Source: Mageeibacillus sp. UBA5747 (GTDB lineage Bacteria; Bacillota; Clostridia; Saccharofermentanales; UBA5734). From it: 57,933 nt of DNA. A program made the position numbers and the translations under genes. This document shows positions 18,360 through 29,323 of the stretch, in pieces. The stretch covers positions 1-57,933 of the forward strand of contig DIFN01000035.1 in NCBI GenBank assembly GCA_002419145.1, given 5' to 3'. Within the stretch, counting starts at the first letter, position 1; every line of letters starts with the position of its first letter. The notes below the pieces were generated by a model, which saw only the letters and a list, made by a program, of their open reading frames with translations, searched no databases and was not told the origin of the DNA.

Positions 18360-18789
18360 GGATGAGATCCTTTCCTTGGGATATCCAGTGATTGATCTGT
18401 TGATACATGAGTGGGCGGGCACTGTTCGCTGCGCTGTCATGAGACGACTCCAGTGGTCCCTTTTCCCTGACCAGTGGGTCCAGCACCGTAGCGAATGCGG
18501 GCAGATCAACTGCCTCGCCCAGCGTGATGTGCTGGGGAGTCACACCAGCCAGATAAATTTTTTCGCCCACCTGGACCAGAAGCAACTGACGATCTCGGCC
18601 GAGACTGAGCCGCTCGATCACCTTGAGCTGGCTGGTGTGTCGGGTCAGATGCGGTCTTCGGGCCAGCAAGCGTGTCCCCCAGTAAGCCAGGGCAAAGACC
18701 AGTCCCATCAGAACCAGAGCGCCGATGTTTTGCAGCCAGCTGGGCGAGTTTTCTGGCGCAATCAGAGCGATCGTCACGCAACCATTCAT
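18307..18789 (-). CDS. fliO: FliO/FliZ
   Basis: One TM, then LKVIERLSLGRDRQLLLVQVGEKIYLAGVT; lies between fliY and fliP. Confidence 0.9.
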   Translation of the reverse strand: MNGCVTIALIAPENSPSWLQNIGALVLMGLVFALAYWGTRLLARRPHLTRHTSQLKVIERLSLGRDRQLLLVQVGEKIYLAGVTPQHITLGEAVDLPAFATVLDPLVREKGPLESSHDSAANSARPLMYQQINHWISQGKDLIHAACTRRTSGPPDHKDN

Positions 18790-19970
18790 ACGTTTGACCG
18801 CACTTTGCGGGCGCCGGAGAAAACCTCCGTGATCCGCACCCCATAGTTGTCATCGATCACGATGACCTCGCCTTTGGCCATGCTTTTGCCGTTCACGACC
18901 ACGTCAACCGGCTCGCCAGCCAAGCGGTCCAAGGCAACAATCGAGCCGATATTCAGCTCCAGGATTTCCTTGATTGGCCTTTTGCACTGCCCCAGTTCGA
19001 CGGTGATCTGCAATGGAACATCAAGGATCAGGTCCATGCCGCTTTCGGGCAGCTGGCTGGTAACTTGTTCCTGAGCATCGAAACTGACCAGTTCAATCGG
19101 CCTGGCCTCGATCGTCCGGACAGGTTCCGGAACCTGTTTGCCGGCCCGGCCAGGCATAGCAGGCGGGACGGAGCGGGCTACCGGGGCGGGTTCCTCTGCC
19201 GGCACCGGCAGAGGCGCAAGTGCCGGCCTGGCAGGGGTTGGCGCCGGCCTGGCAGAGGTTGGTGACGGCGTTGCCACCTGGATCGGACCCAAGACCCGCT
19301 CGACCAGCTGGCGGCCAAAATGCACCGGCATCAGCTGAATGATGTTGCTGCTCAAAAGACCTTCGATTTCCAGCTTGAACTGAGCCCGGATCAGTTCGGG
19401 CTGCATATTTTCGACCAGACCCGCCAAATGATCCTGAGTCAGTGTGACGATCTGGGTCCGCGGCGGCGAAATATTGACCGGATGGTTGAACATATCGGCC
19501 ATGGCTGTGGCCATGCCGCCCATCATCTGGTTCATCGCCTCACTGATGGCGCTCAAGTGCATGTCCGACAGCTCCTCATCGCGAACCACCCCGTTACCGC
19601 CCATCATGACATCGGTCATGATCTTGACGTCATCTATTTGAAGAATGAACAGGTTGTGGCCAACAAAGCCGCTGGCGTACTCCACATCGACCATGACATA
19701 GGGCACCTGATGCTGACTGGAAATATGCTCCATGGAAATGATCGCAACATCCGGGGTGGTGATGACAACTTTGCGGCCGAGGATGGCATGCAGGGCTGTG
19801 GCTGCGGCACCCATGCTGATGTTGCTGATCTCACCCAGTGCATCCATTTCAATCGCTGACAGGTCCGTCATGGCTTGGGATCTGCCAGTCTCCAGGCTGG
19901 ATTCGTGCTCACCGGCCAGCGCCTGCTGGAGCAATTCATCGATTTCGGTCTGGGACAATGTTTCAGACAT
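18786..19970 (-). CDS. fliY: Switch phosphatase FliY (CheC-like plus FliN domain)
   Basis: LSQTEIDELL CheY-binding peptide, two ExxN motifs (GEISN, SEAMN), C-terminal FliN domain ILDVPLQITVELG..GEPVDVVVNG..AKGEV. Confidence 0.95.
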   Translation of the reverse strand: MSETLSQTEIDELLQQALAGEHESSLETGRSQAMTDLSAIEMDALGEISNISMGAAATALHAILGRKVVITTPDVAIISMEHISSQHQVPYVMVDVEYASGFVGHNLFILQIDDVKIMTDVMMGGNGVVRDEELSDMHLSAISEAMNQMMGGMATAMADMFNHPVNISPPRTQIVTLTQDHLAGLVENMQPELIRAQFKLEIEGLLSSNIIQLMPVHFGRQLVERVLGPIQVATPSPTSARPAPTPARPALAPLPVPAEEPAPVARSVPPAMPGRAGKQVPEPVRTIEARPIELVSFDAQEQVTSQLPESGMDLILDVPLQITVELGQCKRPIKEILELNIGSIVALDRLAGEPVDVVVNGKSMAKGEVIVIDDNYGVRITEVFSGARKVRSNV

Positions 19971-20955
19971 GGGCAGCAGCCTCCTCATTGATTCCTGTGA
20001 TTTTGATGGCATAGCGGCGGTTTTTGGTGCCTAGTATGCCGGAAAGACGGGGAATATGACCGATGTTGAGCTGGATAGGGTCGCCGACCCGGTTATCGAG
20101 ATGGATCACGTCACCCACCTGGAGATTGACCAGGTCGCGGACTGTGAGCGTGGTTTCCGACAAAATACCCTTGATCGTGACCGGTGTCATGGCCAAAGAC
20201 TGGAGCAGGACATCCTGGCAGGAATTTTGAACAGGGACTTTGGCTCCCCGGGAGGCCAGAAGGCTGGTGTTCAAAGATTTGGCAACGGGTTCCAAGGCTA
20301 TCTGGGGCAGGCAGAAATTGAACAGGGATTCGACTTCACCAATCGTCAGTTTCAGCGTCAGGATCGCGATGGCTTCACTCGGTGGAGCGATCTGGGCATA
20401 TTGCAAGCTCGTTTCCAGAGCATCAAACCGGGTTTCGGTCTTGACAATTTTCTCCCAGGATTCATCGATCAGGGGCAGAATCTGGCGGATGATCCTTTCG
20501 AGGATGGCCAGATCGATTTCGGTATAAGGCCGCGCCTCGGGGCTTTGCACACATGTGCCTCCCAAGATGCTTTCGATGACCATGTTGGCCATTTCCGGAG
20601 AGATGCGCAGCAAGATCGGCCCTTGCAACGGTGGCATCCGGATCAGGACTAAAAGGCTCTGGGCTGCGATGGAGTTGGTGAATTCGTAGTGGGTCTGTTC
20701 TTCCACCGAGGCCAGGACGCAGTCACAAAACGTGCCGAGAATACCTGTCAGGCGCGTGGACAGTAAACGGGCATATGTTTCAAATACATGGCCCAGGGTA
20801 CGGATCTGGTCACGCGGGATCCGGTTGGCTGTGCGAAAGTCATAATTGCGGATTCGGCCCCGCTTCTCGGTTTTGCTTTCCAGGGTAGGTTCCTCACCGG
20901 AAGTCAAGGCCAAGAGCAGCTGGTCTATTTCGTTCTGGGACAAGATATCTGCCAT
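19963..20955 (-). CDS. fliM: Switch protein FliM
   Basis: MADILSQNEIDQLL, YDFR, LQVGDVI. Confidence 0.96.
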   Translation of the reverse strand: MADILSQNEIDQLLLALTSGEEPTLESKTEKRGRIRNYDFRTANRIPRDQIRTLGHVFETYARLLSTRLTGILGTFCDCVLASVEEQTHYEFTNSIAAQSLLVLIRMPPLQGPILLRISPEMANMVIESILGGTCVQSPEARPYTEIDLAILERIIRQILPLIDESWEKIVKTETRFDALETSLQYAQIAPPSEAIAILTLKLTIGEVESLFNFCLPQIALEPVAKSLNTSLLASRGAKVPVQNSCQDVLLQSLAMTPVTIKGILSETTLTVRDLVNLQVGDVIHLDNRVGDPIQLNIGHIPRLSGILGTKNRRYAIKITGINEEAAAHV

Positions 20956-20970
20956 GTGTCCTCTCCCGGC

Positions 20971-21363
20971 TTACTGGATTACAAAGGTGTTGAAGTAGAT
21001 TTTGAGGAAATCATCGGTGTCAAATTCAGAGTTGAGGCGCTCGAGAATCTCTTCATCGAGATGGCCCTCGATCCTTTCCTGTTTGAGATCTTCTTCTGTC
21101 TTGCTGCGCAAAATGGCATTGATGGCATTCCTGATCACATGATTGTTTTCAACATAAAAAGCTTCCTTTTCACTGTCAGCGAGTTTGAAAACAATATCTG
21201 TACAGAGCAGGCGCCGGCTGTCCGCAATGTCGGTGACAAATTGCTCCCCTGGATCCAGGGTAAAGCTCATGTCAATAGGTTCTTGCGGCATGAAAAAGAA
21301 ATAGTAGCCGGCTGCGCCGCCCAGAACCAAAAGGATGAGAATGATTGGGATGATTTTTTTCAT
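20971..21363 (-). CDS. fliL: FliL
   Basis: N-terminal TM, FVTDIAD, IRNAINAILRSKT, KIYFNTFVIQ. Confidence 0.93.
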   Translation of the reverse strand: MKKIIPIILILLVLGGAAGYYFFFMPQEPIDMSFTLDPGEQFVTDIADSRRLLCTDIVFKLADSEKEAFYVENNHVIRNAINAILRSKTEEDLKQERIEGHLDEEILERLNSEFDTDDFLKIYFNTFVIQ

Positions 21364-21384
21364 AGGGTGTCTAAGTGATTCCTT

Positions 21385-22281
21385 TCAGCTCACGATGATG
21401 ACATCGACCCGGTTGTTCAGGTCCTGTCCCTGGGTCGTCTCATCACTGGCGACCGGTCGTGCGCTGCCATAACCAATCGTGCAGGCAAGGTCCTGGGCCA
21501 GTCCGCTGCTGGCCATGATCCGTTGCAGGACTTTCGCCGAGCGGCGTGCAGCCAGTTCCCATTTGCTTTCGATATCTCCCTCCGGCGGTGTAACGCCATC
21601 GGTGTGGCCTTCTGTGCGCAGCGATTTGACTTGCGGAGTGTAATTGCGGATGATCTGTGCCGCCCCATCGAGTACCGCTGCCGCATCTGGTTTGAGCTGG
21701 TCACTGCCGGATTCAAAGATGACCGATGCAACCAAACGGATCAGCAGCTGTGAGTTCTTGGTTTCGACAGACAGGCTTCCCCCGATTGCAGATCCCTGTA
21801 TGTAAGCCTTCAAGTCATCCTGTAACTGGCGGACCTTTGGGTCTTCAGTCGGTTTGGGTTTAGCTGTGGTCGCCTGGGTCGTTTCCTTGGTGGTTTCCTC
21901 AGTGGTTTCCTGGACCGTTGGGCTGGCTGCAGAAGCTTTCACAGATTCAGACGGTTCGGTGACTGTTGGTGTCAGGTTTTCTGTGATGATATCGGCTTCA
22001 TCTTCAGGGTCGCGCAATGTCTCAGCCGGGAAACCACGTGGAATGGTATTGGCCAGCGGGTTAACGCTCTGGATTTTACCGTTGCTGGTGGCAGCGACCG
22101 GCTGGGGCGAACCGGAAAAGGAGCTGACAAAGGCTTGCCATTTGGCTGCATCCAGGGATGAGAAGGAATACAAGAGGACGAAAAAGGTCAGCAACAAGGT
22201 GACCAGGTCGCCATAGGTGTCCATCCAGTTGGCCCCACCCGGAACATCATCATTCGGTCGCCGTCTGCCCATCGATTCCAT
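21385..22281 (-). CDS. motB: Stator subunit MotB/MotS
   Basis: WMDTYGDLVTLLLTFFVLL TM with the conserved Asp; OmpA-like domain EGHTD..WELAARRS..NNRVDVII. Confidence 0.95.
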   Translation of the reverse strand: MESMGRRRPNDDVPGGANWMDTYGDLVTLLLTFFVLLYSFSSLDAAKWQAFVSSFSGSPQPVAATSNGKIQSVNPLANTIPRGFPAETLRDPEDEADIITENLTPTVTEPSESVKASAASPTVQETTEETTKETTQATTAKPKPTEDPKVRQLQDDLKAYIQGSAIGGSLSVETKNSQLLIRLVASVIFESGSDQLKPDAAAVLDGAAQIIRNYTPQVKSLRTEGHTDGVTPPEGDIESKWELAARRSAKVLQRIMASSGLAQDLACTIGYGSARPVASDETTQGQDLNNRVDVIIVS

Positions 22282-23068
22282 CCATGCTTTCTTCTAAAGT
22301 TGATTCGCTGCTGACCTTACTTGTCCGCAAATCTTCCGGGACATACGAGATCAGTTTTTCCCGAATGATCCGCGGATTGCTGCCCTGCTGGATCATCAGG
22401 ATCCCCTGGAGCAGCATCTCGCAGCGGGCCAGGCGCAAGGCATTGGCGGCGCGCAGTTTAGTGGCCATCGGTGTGAAAATCAGGTTGGCCAGGATGACGC
22501 CGTAAAAGGTCGTGATCAGGGCGGTGGCCATAGCAGGGCCCAATGCGGCACTGTCCGACAGAAACATCAGCATGTTGATCAGGCCGATCAGCGTGCCGAC
22601 CATACCAAACGCGGGTGCCAGGCCTGCCATGCTCAGGAGAATTTTAACCGGGACCTGGTCATGCTCCTCAGTAAGGGCTATCTCCCCTTCGAGGATTTCG
22701 CGGACCAGTTCCGAATCCGTGCCATCAACGATCAGTTCAATCCCCTTTTTCAGGAAAGGATCCTGAAATTCCATCCCGTCCAAGGCCAGCATCCCTTCCC
22801 GGCGGGCTTTATTGGCCAGATCCAGCACGTTGTCAAGATCGCCCATGAGGTCAATTTCACTGCCCTGGAAGACTTCACGCAGACTTTTGAGCAGCTGCCT
22901 GAAATTTGCGGTCGGATAAGATGCCAGAGCAGCAGCAAACACACCGCCAAAGACAATCAGCACGCTGGGCAAATCAACATACCGCTTGAGGTCACCACCC
23001 AGCAAGATGCTGAACACGATCAGGACGAAACCGATCAGGATGCCTGGCAAAGTTGTGGTCTTCATCAC
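22250..23068 (-). CDS. motA: Stator subunit MotA/MotP
   Basis: ARREGMLALD, FLKKGIELIVDG, APAFGMVGTLIGLI, ALITTFYG, NPRIIREKL. Confidence 0.96.
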   Translation of the reverse strand: MMKTTTLPGILIGFVLIVFSILLGGDLKRYVDLPSVLIVFGGVFAAALASYPTANFRQLLKSLREVFQGSEIDLMGDLDNVLDLANKARREGMLALDGMEFQDPFLKKGIELIVDGTDSELVREILEGEIALTEEHDQVPVKILLSMAGLAPAFGMVGTLIGLINMLMFLSDSAALGPAMATALITTFYGVILANLIFTPMATKLRAANALRLARCEMLLQGILMIQQGSNPRIIREKLISYVPEDLRTSKVSSESTLEESMDGIDGQTATE

Positions 23069-23295
23069 ACAACCTCACAGCCTGTTTCGTGGGGGGCCTG
23101 TCCAGCCCAGGCCAGACCGGAGCACCGGTTACGGTACTCGATGATTTTTTCGAGAATGCAGTTCGAGCTTTCCTCGACCAGGATCCGCTTGCCATTGGTC
23201 ATGGTGATGATCGTGTCAGGCCGTTCTTCGATCAGCTCGATCAGGTCACAATTGAGAATAAAAGGTGTGTTATTGAGACGGGTCAGCTGGATCAT
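23065..23295 (-). CDS. flbD: FlbD/SwrD family protein
   Basis: MIQLTRLN..FILNCDLIELIEERPDTIITMTNGKRILVEES. Confidence 0.93.
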   Translation of the reverse strand: MIQLTRLNNTPFILNCDLIELIEERPDTIITMTNGKRILVEESSNCILEKIIEYRNRCSGLAWAGQAPHETGCEVV

Positions 23296-23317
23296 GGTTC
23301 ACCTGCCAGTTTAAGAT

Positions 23318-24124
23318 TTAGCGTTTGAGGTTGACCAGCTCTTCAAGCAGCTGGTCGGAAGTCGTGATCACGCGCGAGTTGGCCTGGAAGCCGCGCTGGG
23401 TGATGATCATGTCGGTAAATTCCTTGGCCAGGTCGACATTGGACATCTCAAGTGAAGATGGATTGAGGAAAGGTGCCCCATTGGCACCGGGGAGGTTGAC
23501 AACGGCCGGGCCAGAGTTCTGGCTTGCGCTGTACAAGCTCTCCCCCAGTTTTTCCAGGCCGCCCTGGTTGTTGAAATTGGCCACTGCAATCGTGGCAATC
23601 GTTTCCTTGGCCTCGGTTGTGGAATTGATGCCGATCACGTCACCATTTCGTGTCACGGCAATGTTGTAGTAATTTTGCCCAATCGTGATGTTGCCAAGGG
23701 CTCCTGGTGGGATCTGTCCTTGCACCATAAGCCCGCCTGAGGTGACCAGATTGCTGTTGCTGTCGAGGAAGAAATTGCCAGCACGCGTGTACAGCTCACG
23801 GTTGCCATCTTTAACCACGAAAAAGCCGTCGCCATCGATGCTCAGGTCCAGCGGAGCGCCGGTGTATTCGATCGCCGCCCGAGTCTGCATGACATCGATC
23901 GATCCGAGTGCGACACCGAGACCGACTTGCTGGGGATTGGTACCGCCAAAATCTGTTGTCGGGGCTGATGCCGGAGCCAGCGTCTGGCTGTAGATATCCT
24001 GGAAAGTGACGCGGCTGCTCTTAAAGCCGATCGTGTTGACATTGGCGATGTTATTGCCGACAACGTCCATTTTGGTCTGATGGTTTTTCAGGCCGGATAC
24101 ACCGGCGTACAGGGATCGCAGCAT
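23318..24124 (-). CDS. flgE: Hook protein FlgE (short, Bacillus type)
   Basis: MLRSLYAGVSGLKNHQTKMDVVGNNIANVNT, LEMSNVDLAKEFTDMIITQRGFQANSR; follows flgD. Confidence 0.93.
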   Translation of the reverse strand: MLRSLYAGVSGLKNHQTKMDVVGNNIANVNTIGFKSSRVTFQDIYSQTLAPASAPTTDFGGTNPQQVGLGVALGSIDVMQTRAAIEYTGAPLDLSIDGDGFFVVKDGNRELYTRAGNFFLDSNSNLVTSGGLMVQGQIPPGALGNITIGQNYYNIAVTRNGDVIGINSTTEAKETIATIAVANFNNQGGLEKLGESLYSASQNSGPAVVNLPGANGAPFLNPSSLEMSNVDLAKEFTDMIITQRGFQANSRVITTSDQLLEELVNLKR

Positions 24125-24172
24125 GGTTGTTTACCTCCGTTTGTCTAATGGTTTCCTTCAGATATTTCTTGG

Positions 24173-24658
24173 TTACACATACACGGTTTCGGTGTCGCTG
24201 GCTGTGTCTGCTGGCTTTTGGTCTGAGATCAGGGCCACAGGCACATCCGGCAGGAAGACACTCAGCCCGGTGTTAAAGGGCAACTGTCTCCCATCGACCT
24301 CGAGGTAGGCTTCACCGTTTTTCAGGAAAGCCCGCGTCACCTGGCCGACAACGGTTTCGGCATTGCCACTGTCATTCGTCAAAGTGGTTGCAATCGATTG
24401 GCCGACGAGTCCGAATGCCTGGGCGGACTGGAAGGATTGATTCAGACTCTGCATCTGTTCCAAGGAACTGAACTGGGCCATCTGGCTGATGAATTCTTTG
24501 TCCTCGAGCGGCTGCATGGGATCCTGGTTCTTGAGCTGAGCCACCAGGATCTTGAGGAAAGCGTCCTGGTCCAGTGTCTGCGTCGTGGCCCGAGTCAGCG
24601 TGCTGACAGTAGCCGTACTGCTGGTATTCTGCAGGGATGAAATTGCTTCGATAGCCAT
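24173..24658 (-). CDS. flgD: Hook cap FlgD
   Basis: LDQDAFLKILVAQLKNQDPMQP..EFISQMAQFSSLEQM. Confidence 0.96.
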   Translation of the reverse strand: MAIEAISSLQNTSSTATVSTLTRATTQTLDQDAFLKILVAQLKNQDPMQPLEDKEFISQMAQFSSLEQMQSLNQSFQSAQAFGLVGQSIATTLTNDSGNAETVVGQVTRAFLKNGEAYLEVDGRQLPFNTGLSVFLPDVPVALISDQKPADTASDTETVYV

Positions 24659-24669
24659 GGTTGATCCTT

Positions 24670-25812
24670 TCAAGTCCATCGGTCGATGTAGCTGGAGACG
24701 GGATGCCGGAGCGGCGGACGGATTTCTCTGCCTCCGGTGTCCTGCTGGCTGGGGATTGATTGGCTCCCCTGTCCCTGATCATGCTTGTTGGGGGGCTCTT
24801 GTGGTGATGATTGTCCCTGATGCTGCTGAAAGGGATGATCCTGAGTGAAAGCGCTTTGCTCATAGACCACTGCGATGCTGGCGCAGGCGATTCCTTTGTC
24901 CGCCAGGGCTGACTGCAAAGTCTGAACTTGGCTGCCCAGCAATTGGGTCGTCTCAGGGTTGTCGGCAACAATCCGGGCGCTCAGTCCTTGTTCTGACTGC
25001 TCAAACAAGATCTCCAGCTGACCCATCGTGTCGGGCCGCAACCGGACAGTCAGCCGTTGGCCGTCCGGCTGCTTCTCAAGCACAATCGCAGCCACCAGAT
25101 GTTCCCAGTCCAGCCCTGGTTTCGAAAGACTCTGACTGGCCGTGCTTTCTGACTGGCTTTGCTCCGGGACTGCCATTTCCAGGGCTGGCTGGTCTGATGT
25201 CCAGACTGGCCCTGGTTCAAACTGCTCATCTGCCGTTTTCTCTATTCTTCCCCGATGCGACAAGCTGCCCGCTTCGGCGTCTGATTGCTCAGAATTTTCT
25301 GGTTGCTCAGAATTTGAGGTGTCCGCTCCAGATGTGATGACGGATACCTGGTGAGGCTCAATTGCCGTGGCAGAGGGCTCCCCTGCCAGCACAGGGTCTG
25401 CCATGGGTTCCGGTTTGACAGCCAGGGCAGCAGGATCGGAAAGATTCTCAACGGATGCGAGTTGCATCAGCTGTTGATTCTGAAGGGACGGTCCATTGTT
25501 GCTGGTCGGGGGATCGGCCGGTGGGGCAATCGCTCCTAATTGTCCCTGGCTCGTGCCGGGCATCTCCTGTCCCCGTACAACAGGCCGGGCCAGCACGGTC
25601 CAGATCTGGGCAGCCATGCTTGTTTCAAGTTCAGCTGGATCAGCCTGGATCAGGGGCGGTTCCTGACCTGGAAGTCCAGTGAGTGCCTGGATGAGAGCGA
25701 CAGCAAAAGAGCAATCCTCCGGCTGGATCTTCTTGATGTCCTCTGGTGCGGGTCCGTGGCCTGGACCTGAGACTTTGACCGGCAGTGCTTGCATGGCGAT
25801 GGGTGCGCTCAT
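24670..25812 (-). CDS. fliK: Hook-length control protein FliK
   Basis: Low-complexity N-terminus; C-terminal LTVRLRPDTMGQLEI..LSARIVADNPET..LQSAL; lies between fliJ and flgD. Confidence 0.88.
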   Translation of the reverse strand: MSAPIAMQALPVKVSGPGHGPAPEDIKKIQPEDCSFAVALIQALTGLPGQEPPLIQADPAELETSMAAQIWTVLARPVVRGQEMPGTSQGQLGAIAPPADPPTSNNGPSLQNQQLMQLASVENLSDPAALAVKPEPMADPVLAGEPSATAIEPHQVSVITSGADTSNSEQPENSEQSDAEAGSLSHRGRIEKTADEQFEPGPVWTSDQPALEMAVPEQSQSESTASQSLSKPGLDWEHLVAAIVLEKQPDGQRLTVRLRPDTMGQLEILFEQSEQGLSARIVADNPETTQLLGSQVQTLQSALADKGIACASIAVVYEQSAFTQDHPFQQHQGQSSPQEPPNKHDQGQGSQSIPSQQDTGGREIRPPLRHPVSSYIDRWT

Positions 25813-26270
25813 GCGCGACTGCCCATCTGGACGGCGCGGTGGGAAGTGCTGGAGACAAATTCGTCCATCACCTTGTCCTGCTCCCGGGCATCTTCGGCCA
25901 GATAGGCTTCGTGTTGCTGATCGCGCAAGGTTTTCAACGATTTAACCTCCGTGAAAATCTCACGCAGCTGTTCCTGACACAGGTTTCTGGCCTGCCAAGC
26001 TTGTTCGGTGGCCTTGTGCTGCAGTTCGATCTGCTCGCGCAAGGCATTGATGTGATGGACTTCCTGGAGAAGCGATTGGGAGCGAAATCCATTTTGCACC
26101 AGCTCGTACCAGCTGTTGAGGGCGTGATCCTTCTCCTTGTTCAACGCATCTTGCCGCTGCTGTTCCTGGGCTAACCGCTCTTCCGCATGGGCCAGGTTTT
26201 TCTTGGCTTCCTGTTCCAGCAGGCGTTTGGCAGCAAGGACGGATTCGAGGGGAAAAACAAATTTTTTCAT
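25809..26270 (-). CDS. fliJ: FliJ
   Basis: [12 protein letters not shown], coiled coil, EQDKVMDE. Confidence 0.92.
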   Translation of the reverse strand: MKKFVFPLESVLAAKRLLEQEAKKNLAHAEERLAQEQQRQDALNKEKDHALNSWYELVQNGFRSQSLLQEVHHINALREQIELQHKATEQAWQARNLCQEQLREIFTEVKSLKTLRDQQHEAYLAEDAREQDKVMDEFVSSTSHRAVQMGSRA

Positions 26271-27589
26271 GACTGGCCTCCCATGATCTGGATCATTTTC
26301 CTGACGGTGTCAGATAGGGGAACAGATTCCTGAATGTCTTGTTGCAGCAGCTGGTTGATCTGAGGCCGCAGCAACAAGGCGGCATCGATTTCCGGATTGG
26401 AACCCTTTTTGTATGCTCCAATGTTGATCATGTCTGCAGCTTCCTTGTACACACTCATTTGGGTTCGGATGAATCCGGCGGCTTGGCGATGGCTCTCCGG
26501 GACAATGGCGTTCATGCTCCGGCTGATGCTCGCCAGAATGTCGATGGCCGGAAAATGATTGCGATGAGCCAGGGATCGCGACAGGACAATATGGCCGTCG
26601 AGTATGCCGCGCACGGTGTCGGCAACAGGTTCATTCATGTCATCACCTTCGACCAGGACTGTGTAAAGCGCGGTGATTGTCCCCTTTTCGGCACTGCCAC
26701 TGCGTTCTAAAAGGCGTGGCAGCACATTGAACACGGACGGTGTATAGCCTCTGGAAACGGGCGGTTCGCCAACAGACATACCGATCTCCCGCTGGGCCAT
26801 GGCAAAGCGGGTCAGGGAGTCCATCAGCAACAGCACTTGGTTGCCCTGGTCGCGAAAATACTCCGCAATTGCTGTGCCGAGGAGGGCTGATTTCTGGCGC
26901 ACGATGGCCGGCTGATCCGAGGTGGCCACCACGAGGACTGATTTCGCCAGGCCTTCTGCTTTCAAGTCATTTTCGATAAATTCCCGAACTTCGCGACCTC
27001 GCTCACCAATCAGGGTGATGACATTGATGTCAGCCTGGGCATTTCTGGCAATCATGCCGAGCAGCGTGCTTTTGCCAACACCGCTGCCGGCAAAAATCCC
27101 CATGCGCTGACCCTGGCCGCAGGTCAGAAGACCGTCGATGGCCGAGATCCCCAGGGAAAGTGGTTGCTCGATCCGCTGCCTGGCCAGAGGATTGGGCGGT
27201 GGGTTGTCTGACTGATAATGGGTTTCCGGTATGATCGGTCCGAGATCGTCCATGGGTTCACCCAAGCCATTGAGTATGCGGCCTCGCAAGGCTTCACCGA
27301 CTGGAACCTGGAGGGATGTGCCCAGCCCGACCACCTTGCTGCCCGATCCAATTCCGGACACCGGACCAAAAGGCATGAGCAGGTTGTGGTGGCCCTTGAA
27401 TCCGACCACCTCGGCGATCACCGGCTGACCGTCGGTCTGGGGATAGATCCGGCACAGGTCACCTATTTTGGCCAGCGGACCAATCGATTCGATGGTCAGG
27501 CCAATCACCTGGCAGACCGTACCTGTATACTCAAAGGTATCCATGTGCTGGAAAACCGGCAAATATCTGTCTGCTGCAAAAGGGATCAT
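26267..27589 (-). CDS. fliI: Export ATPase FliI
   Basis: Walker [26 protein letters not shown], Walker [23 protein letters not shown]. Confidence 0.98.
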   Translation of the reverse strand: MIPFAADRYLPVFQHMDTFEYTGTVCQVIGLTIESIGPLAKIGDLCRIYPQTDGQPVIAEVVGFKGHHNLLMPFGPVSGIGSGSKVVGLGTSLQVPVGEALRGRILNGLGEPMDDLGPIIPETHYQSDNPPPNPLARQRIEQPLSLGISAIDGLLTCGQGQRMGIFAGSGVGKSTLLGMIARNAQADINVITLIGERGREVREFIENDLKAEGLAKSVLVVATSDQPAIVRQKSALLGTAIAEYFRDQGNQVLLLMDSLTRFAMAQREIGMSVGEPPVSRGYTPSVFNVLPRLLERSGSAEKGTITALYTVLVEGDDMNEPVADTVRGILDGHIVLSRSLAHRNHFPAIDILASISRSMNAIVPESHRQAAGFIRTQMSVYKEAADMINIGAYKKGSNPEIDAALLLRPQINQLLQQDIQESVPLSDTVRKMIQIMGGQS

Positions 27590-28314
27590 CGGCTCACCGC
27601 CGTCATCAGCTGCCTGATTTTATCCAGCTGCACCGAAGTGCTGGCATCGATCATCCCGGATTCACTTGCCACAATCAGGCTGCCCGGCTCAAGGGACGGA
27701 TCCGCCTTGAATGAGAGAACTTGCCCATTATTCTGGAAGTTATAACCAAATTCAGCTGTCAAATACGCCAGATCCGTCTCATGGACCCGACAGTCAATTT
27801 TGATGCTGGCTTTTAATTTGGATAAGGCCTGGCGGGTCAGGGCTACAAAAGCTTGATCGTTTCTTTTGAGTTCCAGATTGAGAATTTTCTCTGCAATCGA
27901 AACACTCAGCTCGACCAGTTGTGGTTCGATCTGGTCCAGCTGTTCCTGAGTGCTGGCCTGGATGTCGGACAAAGCCGCCTGGAAGACCTCCTGCAGATTT
28001 TGGGCTTTAAGCTCGTAATCAGCCTTGGCTTCCTGAATTCCAGTAGCGAATCCACGGGCGAACGCGTCCTGCTCAATGCTTTCTGCCTGCTGGCGTGCCT
28101 CTTGGAGTATTGCTTCGGCTTGCAGACTGGCCTGTTCGATCAGCCGTTCGGCAGCGCTCCGCCGCTCGGCCTGATGCTGCTCATCAGAAAGCGCCCGCGC
28201 AAGCGCGCCGGTCTGGTGCAGCCAGGGTCCTGCGGTTTCCAAATCCACCGCGGGCCGGATCACCGGCCGGACGTCACCATAAGTGACGCTGTGAGATTTA
28301 TGGATCTTAGTCAA
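27586..28314 (-). CDS. fliH: FliH
   Basis: [13 protein letters not shown] (AxxxG repeats), [21 protein letters not shown]; likely TTG start at 28314 after AGGAGG. Confidence 0.9.
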   Translation of the reverse strand: MTKIHKSHSVTYGDVRPVIRPAVDLETAGPWLHQTGALARALSDEQHQAERRSAAERLIEQASLQAEAILQEARQQAESIEQDAFARGFATGIQEAKADYELKAQNLQEVFQAALSDIQASTQEQLDQIEPQLVELSVSIAEKILNLELKRNDQAFVALTRQALSKLKASIKIDCRVHETDLAYLTAEFGYNFQNNGQVLSFKADPSLEPGSLIVASESGMIDASTSVQLDKIRQLMTAVSR

Positions 28315-29323
28315 TGAGCTCCTCCTTACCGCGAGCCATAATGATTTCACCGGCTTCATCGAGCCGGCGGATGGCCATCACGATTTTCTGTTGCGCTTCT
28401 TCAACGTCACGGAGTTTGACCGGGCCTTTGATCGACATCTCGTCTTTGATCATTTCCTGCAAGCGTTTCGACATGTTTTCAAAAATGTATTCAGACACTT
28501 GTGGTTTAACCCCTTTGAGGGCCAGGACCAGTTCATCGTTGTTGACCTCCTTGAGCACACGCTGGATTGAAAGCTTGTCCAGCTTGACAATGTCTTCAAA
28601 GAGGAACATCTTGCTCCTGATTTCTTCCACCAACGCTTCATCACGGGATTCCAAACTCTCCAGGATGAATTTTTCCGTGCTGCGGTCAATGGAATTGAGG
28701 ATGTTGACCGTAGTCTCGATGCCCCCGACATGGGTCAGGTCGTTGAAACCGAGCGAGGTTAGTTTCTTTTCCAGGATTTTCTCGATCTCCCGGATATGTT
28801 CGGGTGACGTTTTACCCATGTGGGCAATTTTGCTGACCACTTCAGTCTGGATGGCATGCGGCAGAGCACTCAGGATTTCCGCAGACTGGTGCGCTGCCAG
28901 ATACGAGAGGATCAGGGCAATGGTCTGAGTCTGTTCGTTCTTGATGATGTTGAGGATCTGGGTCGAATCGAGGCGGCGGGCAAAATCAAATGGGCGTACT
29001 TGCAGGGATGTCGAGAGTTTGCCGATCAATTCACAGGCCTTCTGCTGGCCGACGGCATGATTCAAAATGTCACGGGCATATTCGATCCCGCCCTCCAGGA
29101 TGTAGTTCTGGGCCAGGCAGGCTTCGCCAAATTCGCGCAGGACTTCGCTTTTAGTCTGGTTGTCGATGCGCCGGACATTGGCGATTTCAACCGTCAATTG
29201 TTCGATTTCTTCTTCAGACATTTGCTGCAGGACTTTGGACGAATAGTCGCGGCCCATAGATATCAGCAAAATCGCAGCTTTTTCCCGAGCTGTCCGAGTC
29301 CTGTTTTCTGCCATGCCACTCAT
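28307..29323 (-). CDS. fliG: Rotor protein FliG
   Basis: KAAILLISMG, EGGIEYARDIL, EQTQTIALILSYL, MFLFEDI, GPVKLRDVEEAQ. Confidence 0.98.
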   Translation of the reverse strand: MSGMAENRTRTAREKAAILLISMGRDYSSKVLQQMSEEEIEQLTVEIANVRRIDNQTKSEVLREFGEACLAQNYILEGGIEYARDILNHAVGQQKACELIGKLSTSLQVRPFDFARRLDSTQILNIIKNEQTQTIALILSYLAAHQSAEILSALPHAIQTEVVSKIAHMGKTSPEHIREIEKILEKKLTSLGFNDLTHVGGIETTVNILNSIDRSTEKFILESLESRDEALVEEIRSKMFLFEDIVKLDKLSIQRVLKEVNNDELVLALKGVKPQVSEYIFENMSKRLQEMIKDEMSIKGPVKLRDVEEAQQKIVMAIRRLDEAGEIIMARGKEELID

